Below are positions 27,010 to 34,414 of a stretch of DNA of 64,000 bases, piece by piece (the stretch's first letter is position 1; each line of letters begins with the position of its first letter). The translations under genes were made by a program, and so were the position numbers. This DNA comes from an uncultured Coriobacteriaceae bacterium (GTDB taxonomy: Bacteria; Actinomycetota; Coriobacteriia; Anaerosomatales; CAZWGV01): the NCBI GenBank assembly GCA_964633595.1, contig CAZWGV010000002.1:211-64210 (forward strand). Reading direction: 5' to 3'. The notes beneath the pieces were generated by a model. The model did no database searches, was not told where the DNA came from, and worked only from the letters and a program-made list of their open reading frames with translations.

Positions 27010-28130
27010 CCGTCTCGCGGCGTATTGACGCGCGTACCGCGGCGATAGCGATCGGCGCTCTCCTTGTGGTCGCCGCATACGCCGCGGTGGTTGCGCTATC
27101 GAGGTCCTACTACGCAGTCTCCGGCGCACCGGGCTCGGTGTTCTCCACGTCCCCGGAGGGACTCAGCGTTCTCTCGGCATACATGGAGGAGCTGGGCGTT
27201 CGTACCCAAACGCTGCAGGACTTCGACGAGCTCCCACGGCGTGCCACGGTCGTTCTCGCTGCCGAGCGCCCGCTGGAGAAGCGGCCGAGCTCGGCGGAGA
27301 AGGCGCGCGTCATGCGCTGGGTGCGCGACGGAGGACGGCTGGTGCTGCTAGGGAGGCAGGCCGACGAACTCGTGGGGCTTGTGGGGGATCTGGGCGGGAG
27401 GAGCACTGAGGGTGGGCGCTCGCTGCTGCATATGCCCGCCTATGCTGACGGGGTGAGAGAGGTGCACCTGGGGTCCGACCGCATACTGACGGCTGGACCA
27501 CAGTGGGTCACTCACGCAAAGGACGAGGCCGGGCAGATGGTCATCTCCCGGGCGATCGGCCTGGGCGAGGTGGTGTGGGTGGCCGATACGCACCCAGCCA
27601 CCAACGAGGGCATCAGCGAGGCCGACAACGCGCGCTTCGTGACGGTGTTGCTGGCTGGGCCCGGCCGCCCCGTCCACTTCGACGAGTACCATCATGGATA
27701 CGTGCGCTCCGGTGGCGCCTGGGCTCGGCTCGGGTCGGGTGGGCGGGTGGCCGTCATGCTGTTGGCCGCCTCGGCGCTCCTCGCGCTGCTCGCCCGGGCG
27801 CGAAGGCTGGGCCCGCCGATCCCGGCCCCGCAGGTGCGTTCTGCGCGGGGTGGAGGCTTCGTCGGGTCGCTGGCCGAGCTGTACCGCAGGGCCGGGGCTC
27901 GCACGCAGGCACTGGATTCACTCGCTGACGGTCTGGTGCGGTCTGTCGCGAGAAGGCATGGTTCGGCCGAGATCGGGCTTGCCCGACATCCGTCAGCCGC
28001 AGGCGCGGTCGAGAGGGTCGCCGAGCTCAAGCAGCGAGGCGGAGTGAGCGAAGACGAGTTCATCCAGGCCGCTGGCGCCATCCGGCGGGCGAGGCGAGAG
28101 TTGGAGGGCATCGATGGCCGCAGCAGCTGA
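27006..28130 (+). CDS. DUF4350 domain protein
   Basis: N-terminal TM segment, then LVLLGRQ and VVWVADTHPATNEGISEADNARFV, then a C-terminal TM segment. This is typical of the DUF4350 partner of MoxR/DUF58. ATGA overlap with the upstream gene. Confidence 0.7.
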   Translation: MTVSRRIDARTAAIAIGALLVVAAYAAVVALSRSYYAVSGAPGSVFSTSPEGLSVLSAYMEELGVRTQTLQDFDELPRRATVVLAAERPLEKRPSSAEKARVMRWVRDGGRLVLLGRQADELVGLVGDLGGRSTEGGRSLLHMPAYADGVREVHLGSDRILTAGPQWVTHAKDEAGQMVISRAIGLGEVVWVADTHPATNEGISEADNARFVTVLLAGPGRPVHFDEYHHGYVRSGGAWARLGSGGRVAVMLLAASALLALLARARRLGPPIPAPQVRSARGGGFVGSLAELYRRAGARTQALDSLADGLVRSVARRHGSAEIGLARHPSAAGAVERVAELKQRGGVSEDEFIQAAGAIRRARRELEGIDGRSS

Positions 28131-29073
28131 GGTGACCAGACTGGCCGAATCGGTACGAGCCGAGGTGGCCAAAGCCGTGGTTGGACAGGAGCAAGTCGTT
28201 GAGGGGCTGCTCGTCGGCCTGCTCACCGGGGGTCACGTGCTCGTGGAAGGGGTTCCGGGGACTGCCAAGACGTTGCTCGCCAGGAGTGTGGCATGCGCCC
28301 TGGACGTCTCCTTCAAGCGCATCCAGTTCAGCCCCGACCTCATGCCCGCCGACGTCGTCGGCACCAACGTCTACGATGCCGAGTCAGGTCGCTTCAACCT
28401 CCGACCGGGTCCCATCTTCGCCAACCTGGTCCTCGCCGACGAGATCAACCGAACCCCACCCAAGACGCAGTCAGCGCTCTTGGAGGCGATGCAGGAAGGC
28501 CAAGTCACCATTGACGGCGTTAGCCATCCGCTGCCCCAGCCGTTCATGGTCGTCGCCACGCAGAACCCGGTGGAGTACGAGGGCACCTACCCGCTTCCAG
28601 AAGCGCAACTCGATCGCTTCGAGCAGAAGCTGCTGGTCGAGTACCCCTCGGCTGAGCAGGAGGCCGAGATACTCAGGCGTCATGTCGGTGGCATGGAGCT
28701 GCCGTCCTTCGAGCGGCTGGGCCTGCGGGCGGTTGCGACTGCCGAAGACGTGCTGCGTGCTCGGGAAGCTCTAGACGGCGTAGTCGTCGACGAGGGAGTC
28801 GTCGCGTATGTGGCGGCGATCGTCAGAGCTACCCGCGATCACCCTGCGGCGAGTCTCGGCGCCAGCCCTCGTGCGGCGGTGGCGTTGCTGGTCACAGCGA
28901 AGGCCCGTGCGCTGCTCGCCGGGCGCGGGTTCGTCACCCCTGACGACGTGAAGGGCGCCGCACCGTCGTGTCTGAGGCACCGTCTGGTCCTGCGACCGGA
29001 GATCGAGATCGAGGGCACCGGCGCCGACGCCGTGATCGGCGACGTACTCCAGGCGGTAGCGGTTCCGCGGTGA
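28114..29073 (+). CDS. moxR: MoxR-family AAA+ ATPase
   Basis: Motifs GHVLVEGVPGTAKTLLARSVA, LVLADEINRTPPKTQSALLEAMQEGQVTIDG and VVATQNPVEYEGTYPLPEAQLDRF. Confidence 0.95.
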   Translation: MAAAAEVTRLAESVRAEVAKAVVGQEQVVEGLLVGLLTGGHVLVEGVPGTAKTLLARSVACALDVSFKRIQFSPDLMPADVVGTNVYDAESGRFNLRPGPIFANLVLADEINRTPPKTQSALLEAMQEGQVTIDGVSHPLPQPFMVVATQNPVEYEGTYPLPEAQLDRFEQKLLVEYPSAEQEAEILRRHVGGMELPSFERLGLRAVATAEDVLRAREALDGVVVDEGVVAYVAAIVRATRDHPAASLGASPRAAVALLVTAKARALLAGRGFVTPDDVKGAAPSCLRHRLVLRPEIEIEGTGADAVIGDVLQAVAVPR

Positions 29074-30416
29074 CCTCGGCCCGGGACATAGTCCGGCGCA
29101 TCGGCGCGATCCACCTCACGGGCAAGGCGGCGGCCCTGCTCGGCGCAGGCGCGATCCCGGCGCTCATCGCCCCGGGGCGATGGTCTTTGCTCGTCGGTGC
29201 CGTCTGGGCAGCGATGTGGATCTACGCCGTCCGCAGAGACGTCCGCGACGCTCTCGGTCCGGCGGAACTGGAGTTCGAGCGCGAGCTGCCCGCGAAGCTG
29301 TCGATCGGCGTGGCCAACAAGGTGACCATGCGTGTGCGCTCGCTCGCCGGGCGTCCCGGGCGGCTGGCGATGCGGGAGACGCCCCCACCCGAGTTCACTG
29401 GCGAGAGGCGGATCGCCATCGCGTCTCTCGGGCCATACGAGTCGCGTGAGGTGCTGCTCCACTTCGTGCCGGGTTCCAGAGGGCGCTACTCGTTCGGCAA
29501 CCCGGGAGTGCGCACGCTCGGTCCGCGCGGACTGGCCGGACGGCGCTTCGACGTCCCCCTCGAGCGCGAGTGCCGCGTCTATCCCGACATCACGGCGGTC
29601 GAGCGCTACGCTCTGCTCGCACGACGAGGGATGCTCCATGAGGCGGGGATCAGGGCCGCGCGCTTGGCCGGAGTGGGAACCGAGTTCTCAACCCTGGCCG
29701 AGTACGTTGACGGCGACGACTTTCGCGACATCGATTGGAAGGCCACTGCGCGTCGAGGCTCCCCCGTGGTAAGGCGGTTCGAGGCCGAGCGCAGCAGGAC
29801 CGTGCTCCTCGCGATAGACGCCGGCAGACTGATGACTCCGCGTGTGGGCGGCGTGACGAAGCTCGATCGTGCGGTTGACGCCGCCCTCCTGCTGGCCTAT
29901 CTTGCGTCGGCGTCCGGTGACCTCGCCGGCCTTCTCGTGTTCGGCCGGGATGTGCAGACGTACGTCCCTCCGCGTCGCGGACACCGGCAGTTCCTCGCCA
30001 TACTCGAGGCGCTCTATCCGGTCCAGGCCGCGATGGAGGAGCCCGACTACGGGCGTGCTCTGCGCTACCTCGCCACCAGACAACAGAAGCGCTCGCTCAT
30101 CGTGCTCTTCACGGAGCTAGTCGGCGCCGAGGCGTCCGGACGGCTGTTGCGCGTGCTACCCGGGTTGTCAGCCCGACACCTGCCGCTGGTGATCACGCAG
30201 CGCAACCGCGAGCTCGAGGAGCGCGCAGTCCAAGAGGCCTCATCCGAGATCGGGGTATTCGAGGCGGCGGTGGCCGAGGACATCGCTCGGGAGAAGGCCG
30301 CCGCCGTGGGAGCCCTCCGGGCGCGGGGCGCGCTGGTGCTCGATGTGCTACCCGAGAGGCTGTCGGTCTCGGCAGTCAACCGCTTCCTCGAAGTGAAGGC
30401 GCGCGGGAGGCTCTAG
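29070..30416 (+). CDS. DUF58 domain protein (MoxR partner, vWA-like fold)
   Basis: The GTG overlaps the moxR stop (GTGA). Two N-terminal TM segments and the DUF58 signature DFRDIDWKATARRGSPVVRRFEAERSRTVLLAIDAGRLM. Confidence 0.88.
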   Translation: MTSARDIVRRIGAIHLTGKAAALLGAGAIPALIAPGRWSLLVGAVWAAMWIYAVRRDVRDALGPAELEFERELPAKLSIGVANKVTMRVRSLAGRPGRLAMRETPPPEFTGERRIAIASLGPYESREVLLHFVPGSRGRYSFGNPGVRTLGPRGLAGRRFDVPLERECRVYPDITAVERYALLARRGMLHEAGIRAARLAGVGTEFSTLAEYVDGDDFRDIDWKATARRGSPVVRRFEAERSRTVLLAIDAGRLMTPRVGGVTKLDRAVDAALLLAYLASASGDLAGLLVFGRDVQTYVPPRRGHRQFLAILEALYPVQAAMEEPDYGRALRYLATRQQKRSLIVLFTELVGAEASGRLLRVLPGLSARHLPLVITQRNRELEERAVQEASSEIGVFEAAVAEDIAREKAAAVGALRARGALVLDVLPERLSVSAVNRFLEVKARGRL

Positions 30417-31405
30417 CGTTCTGCCGCCGAGCGACCCGACGGATCTCCGGCTCGGCCCGCCAACACGATGTAGGCGACCAGTGCGATCGCCGTGGCCACG
30501 CCGAAAGCGATCTTTGCGGCCGGATCGATCGCGGTAGGGGTCAGGAACCCCTCGATGATGCCAGCCACCATGAGCAACGGGACGGCTCCGAGCACCACTC
30601 GCGCCGCGTCCGGTGCCACGCGCGTCAGAGCAGTGGTACGCGGCAGGTCACCGGGTAGTATCAGTGCGCCCGCCAGCATCAGTCCCCCGCAACCGGCGAG
30701 CGCTATCGCGGGGAGTTCGAGAGCGCCGTGCGGGATGATGAGCGACCAGAAGAAGGCGGAGTGCCCGGCCTTGGCGAAAACGCCTGCGAGTGTGCCCAGA
30801 AGAAGCCCGTTCGCGACGAGGGAGAAGGTGGTGAGAGCGCCGAGGGTCATCCCTCCGGCAAACGCGGTCAGCGCCGCCTGTATGTTGTTGGCGGTGATGC
30901 CGGCCGTGAGCAGCGGCGCGGCAGTGGCGGCTATCGCGGGCAGGTCGCGTCCCCTCTCCACCGCGTCTCCGATGCCATCACGGAAGAGCTCGGGCAGAAA
31001 GAGGCGAGCAAGGGGGTAGTTCACAAACGACAGGACGTAGCCCATGGCCCCCGCGCCGAAGAGCATCACAACGGCCAGCAGCAGTGGACGCCAGTTGCGG
31101 CGGATGAGCGAGGGCCACCCGGATACGACGAAGTGCAGGAGCGAGCCGAACCTCCTCGGGGCAGATCCGTATAGCTCGGCGTGAGCCATGGCCACGAGCC
31201 TGTTCAAACGCGTCGTGATGCGCGAGTCGGGGAAGTGGGTCTGCGCGTAGGCGAGGTCTGCCGCCGTCCGGCGGTAGTCCTCGTGCATGCGTCTCACGGC
31301 GTCTGCGTTGCGGCTGGCAGATGAGCCGTGACGGCTCTGGCGGACTGATGCCGAGAGCCGTTCCCACGCGTCGCGCGACTCGGCGATGAACTCCCGCTCC
31401 CTCAA
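30413..31405 (-). CDS. SpoIIM-like (DUF95) integral membrane protein
   Basis: Motif IIPHGALELPAIALAG, multiple TM segments and a cytoplasmic helical N-terminus. The start is uncertain: TTG 31405 was chosen, and the ORF stays open to 31627 but would then overlap the divergent RDD gene. Confidence 0.75.
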   Translation of the reverse strand: MREREFIAESRDAWERLSASVRQSRHGSSASRNADAVRRMHEDYRRTAADLAYAQTHFPDSRITTRLNRLVAMAHAELYGSAPRRFGSLLHFVVSGWPSLIRRNWRPLLLAVVMLFGAGAMGYVLSFVNYPLARLFLPELFRDGIGDAVERGRDLPAIAATAAPLLTAGITANNIQAALTAFAGGMTLGALTTFSLVANGLLLGTLAGVFAKAGHSAFFWSLIIPHGALELPAIALAGCGGLMLAGALILPGDLPRTTALTRVAPDAARVVLGAVPLLMVAGIIEGFLTPTAIDPAAKIAFGVATAIALVAYIVLAGRAGDPSGRSAAER

Positions 31406-31565
31406 AGCTTCCTCCGCATGTTGGATGCGTTGCCGCGCGCTGGGCGGGGCGCGGTCGCGGGCCCAAGAGCAGGGTCCATGCCAGCGGTAACGATGACCTC
31501 GGGTGCTCGGCACATTATCATCGCATCGACGGGCCGAGGGCGCACCAGCTGGAGGTGGCACGGCG

Positions 31566-32279
31566 ATGGAGACCCGAGGCGCTACGGAGCTGCTGGTCGT
31601 CGAGACCCCCGAGTCGGTGGCCTTCACCTACGAGCTGGCCGGGGTGCCCGCCCGCGGCCTCGCCGCCGCGCTCGACGCCCTGATCCTGCTGGGGTTGCTC
31701 GCGGCCGAGGGGCTGCTCGCGGTACTCGCCGTCTTCTTGGCCGGACGGCTGGGTGTGGATGTAACCTCACTCGTCGGATCCTGGATCATCGCGATGGTCG
31801 TCGCTGTCGTCTTTCTGACCTTCTGGGGTTACTACATCATCGGCGAGACAGTTGGCGACGGTCGCACGCCTGGGAAGCGGGCGCTGGGCTTGCGGGTTGT
31901 CAGGGACGACGGCAGTCCCATCGGTCCCATGGACTCGGTGATCCGCAACGTGGTGAGGGTAGTCGATCTGCTACCGGGCACCTACGCACTAGCCATCTGG
32001 TCCGCCGTGCTCTCCGGACGCAATAAGCGGCTGGGAGACTTCGCCGCGGGAACCGTCGTCGTCCGGGAGTCGTCGATCGCCGATACAGCTACCGCATTCG
32101 AGGTGGCGGATGAAGAGGGTCTCCTTCTTGCCGAATACGCCGAGCGGAGAGAGGGCCTGACGGAGGACGCCAGGATGCAGCTCACCCTGGCGCTTCTCTC
32201 GCTGCACGGGGAGTCCGTGCCGCCGGGCGTGGCCGAGCCGAGCGCCTTCGCCAGATTGCGCGACCTCTCGCGAACCTGA
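31566..32279 (+). CDS. RDD-family membrane protein
   Basis: Motifs GLAAALDALILLGL and GRTPGKRALGLRVVRDDGSPIG. It is transcribed divergently from the SpoIIM-like gene. Confidence 0.85.
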   Translation: METRGATELLVVETPESVAFTYELAGVPARGLAAALDALILLGLLAAEGLLAVLAVFLAGRLGVDVTSLVGSWIIAMVVAVVFLTFWGYYIIGETVGDGRTPGKRALGLRVVRDDGSPIGPMDSVIRNVVRVVDLLPGTYALAIWSAVLSGRNKRLGDFAAGTVVVRESSIADTATAFEVADEEGLLLAEYAERREGLTEDARMQLTLALLSLHGESVPPGVAEPSAFARLRDLSRT

Positions 32280-32329
32280 GTTAGCGGGCGACGCGCGAGG
32301 CGCGATCGGCGGCGCGCCTGAGATCGCCG

Positions 32330-32358
32330 TTGACCCGCATGTCCCCCTCGGCTACCGT
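32330..32358 (+). promoter_or_regulatory. candidate bioY promoter (-35 TTGACC, 17-bp spacer, -10 TACCGT)
   Basis: Hexamers were read at 32330-32335 and 32353-32358. The -10 element lies inside the left arm of the BirA operator. Confidence 0.4.
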
Positions 32359-32388
32359 AAACCGAATGTGAGCGCAGGTTTACGGTAG
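32352..32388. promoter_or_regulatory. BirA operator (bioO-like inverted repeat)
   Basis: CTACCGTAAACC-N13-GGTTTACGGTAG is a perfect 12-bp inverted repeat lying 20 nt upstream of the bioY ATG. Its core, GTAAACC...GGTTTAC, matches the E. coli-type BirA box TTGTAAACC...GGTTTACAA. Confidence 0.8.
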
Positions 32389-32408
32389 TTGATCTGGAAG
32401 GGGATCGG

Positions 32409-32975
32409 ATGCGGGGGAATTCAGTTGCGGCGACCCACGACGGGACGGCGAGGGTGGCCACACGAGTCGGCCTGTTGGTCGCCTTGCTCGCAGTGTCTGC
32501 TCAGATCATGGTGCCGCTCGGTCCTGTGCCCGCGACGCTCCAGGTGCTGGTGGTTGTCTTGTGCGCGCAGCTGCTGCGGCCCTCCGCGGCGGCCGCAGCG
32601 ATGGGCTGCTACCTGCTCTTGGGTGCGGCGGGCGTTCCTGTATTCGCGCAGTGGGCAGGAGGCCTCGGGGTGATCCTCGGTCCTACCGGAGGATACCTGG
32701 TGGGTTTCGCCGCCGGAGCCTGGGCGGGCGCGCTCATGCGCACCGCCCTGCGCGACCGAGGGGCGGCTCACGCCTTCGGGGATGTTGTGGCGGCGGTCGT
32801 CTGCATCGCCACGATCTACATCCTTGGTGTGCCGTGGCTCGCGTACTCCACCGGGATGGGGCTCTGGGCCGCGGTGGCGGCCGGCGCGCTACCATTCCTT
32901 GCGATCGACGCGGCCAAGGCCGCCGCGGCCACGGTCCTCGCCTCAGCGCTACGGCGCACGGGCCTGGGGGACTAG
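32409..32975 (+). CDS. bioY: biotin transporter BioY
   Basis: A 188-aa six-TM protein with LLAVSAQIMVPLGPVPATLQVLVV and GPTGGYLVGF. RBS GGAAGGGG. Confidence 0.92.
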   Translation: MRGNSVAATHDGTARVATRVGLLVALLAVSAQIMVPLGPVPATLQVLVVVLCAQLLRPSAAAAAMGCYLLLGAAGVPVFAQWAGGLGVILGPTGGYLVGFAAGAWAGALMRTALRDRGAAHAFGDVVAAVVCIATIYILGVPWLAYSTGMGLWAAVAAGALPFLAIDAAKAAAATVLASALRRTGLGD

Positions 32976-33015
32976 CCGATACACTGGCGCGGACCCGGCG
33001 CGGAACCCGGCTCGC

Positions 33016-33071
33016 ATCCAGTGCGGAGACACGCCGGATCCAGTGCGGAGACACGCCGGATCCAGTGCGGA
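33016..33071. repeat. 22-bp direct tandem repeat, 2.5 copies (ATCCAGTGCGGAGACACGCCGG)
   Basis: Perfect copies lie at 33016-33037 and 33038-33059, with a 12-nt partial third copy. The repeat is intergenic, between bioY and the SbcD-like gene. Confidence 0.9.
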
Positions 33072-33154
33072 CCGCCATGTGGCCTATCTGCGCGCTCCCG
33101 CATGTCGTTGCGGAAGGCTAAGATGTGCCCGTGTCCGCTACCAAGAGGGGGCAG

Positions 33155-34414
33155 ATGGGCCGCCACGCGAGGTTCGTGCACGCCTCGGATCTGCATCTCG
33201 ACGCGCCGTTCAAGGGCGTAGACGCCACTGACCAGCGTGTCGTGAGTCGACTCGTCACGTCTACGTACTCTGCGCTGGAGTCCATAGTCGACACCTGCAT
33301 CTCGCGTGAGGTCGACTTCCTGATCGTCGCCGGCGACCTCTACAACAGCCGTGACAAGTCGCTCAGAGCGCAGCTCCTCTTCAGCGACGCGGCAATGCGC
33401 CTGGCCGAGGCCGGCATCTCAGTCTACGTGGTCCAGGGCAATCACGACCCCGCCGACGGCTGGTCGGCGAAGGCCTCCCTGCCGGAGTCGGTCCATGTCT
33501 TCCCCACCGATCGGGTGGAGCAGGTGGTGGTGGAGCGGAATGACGAACCGCTCTGCACCCTGTACGGTCGCGGGTTCGCGAAGGCCGCCGTGACCGAGAA
33601 TCTCGCGCTGGGGTATCGGCGGGATCCATCCGACGTCCTCGCCATCGGCGTCTTGCACGCGAATGTGGGCGGGCAGCCCGGCCACGAGCCGTATGCTCCC
33701 TGCGACCTGGACGACCTGCGAGCCGCGCGGATGGACTACTGGGCGCTCGGCCACGTCCACAAGCCTGCGCTGCTCTCCCAGACACCGCACGTGCGCTACT
33801 CCGGTGCCCCACAGGGCCTCAATCCTCGCGAGGATGGCCCGCACGGATGCTTCGTCGTCGATCTGGCGCCTGACGGCACTGTCACCGAGGAGTTCGTGGA
33901 CACGGCGGCGTTCGTATGGGCTAGGGCGGACATTGACGTAGGGGAGCTGGCCTCTATCGGAGAGCTGCACGCCGCCGTGGGCGCGGCGTGCGATCGCCTC
34001 CGTGCCTCGGCGGCGGGTCGGTCGGTTGTGGCCCGCATCGACCTCGTGGGCCGAGGGGCGGTCCACTCCGAGCTCGGCCGAGCAGGAGCGCTCGCCGACA
34101 TGCTGGAGGATGCGAGGTCCGAGCAGCTCGGCACGGACCCGTGGCTCTGGCTGGACAGGCTGCGCGACCTGACGCGGCCCGCCATCGACATAGATCGCCT
34201 GCGCGCAGGAGAGGACTTCACGGCGGACTTGATCGCTATGGCCGACGGGCTCCTCGCCGATCGGGCCGGTGCATCCGCGCTGGTGGCGGAGGTCGTCTCG
34301 CCCGTCGAGCAGAGACTTCGCTTCGAGCTCGGACTGGACCCCGCCGATGTGATCGAGCGGGCGCTGGATGTCTGCCTCGATGAGCTCCTGGCCGATGAGG
34401 AGGCTGGGCAGTGA
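33155..34414 (+). CDS. SbcD/YhaO-like metallophosphoesterase (DNA repair exonuclease family)
   Basis: Motifs RFVHASDLHLDAPF, LIVAGDLYN, VYVVQGNHDP and WALGHVH. ATG 33155 is preceded by AGAGGGGG; the alternative start is GTG 33125. Confidence 0.88.
   Translation: MGRHARFVHASDLHLDAPFKGVDATDQRVVSRLVTSTYSALESIVDTCISREVDFLIVAGDLYNSRDKSLRAQLLFSDAAMRLAEAGISVYVVQGNHDPADGWSAKASLPESVHVFPTDRVEQVVVERNDEPLCTLYGRGFAKAAVTENLALGYRRDPSDVLAIGVLHANVGGQPGHEPYAPCDLDDLRAARMDYWALGHVHKPALLSQTPHVRYSGAPQGLNPREDGPHGCFVVDLAPDGTVTEEFVDTAAFVWARADIDVGELASIGELHAAVGAACDRLRASAAGRSVVARIDLVGRGAVHSELGRAGALADMLEDARSEQLGTDPWLWLDRLRDLTRPAIDIDRLRAGEDFTADLIAMADGLLADRAGASALVAEVVSPVEQRLRFELGLDPADVIERALDVCLDELLADEEAGQ

Noticed and set aside
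33016-33071. The possibility that the 22-bp repeats form a CRISPR array.
   Set aside because: The copies are directly adjacent with no spacers, there are only 2.5 units, and no cas genes are in the window.
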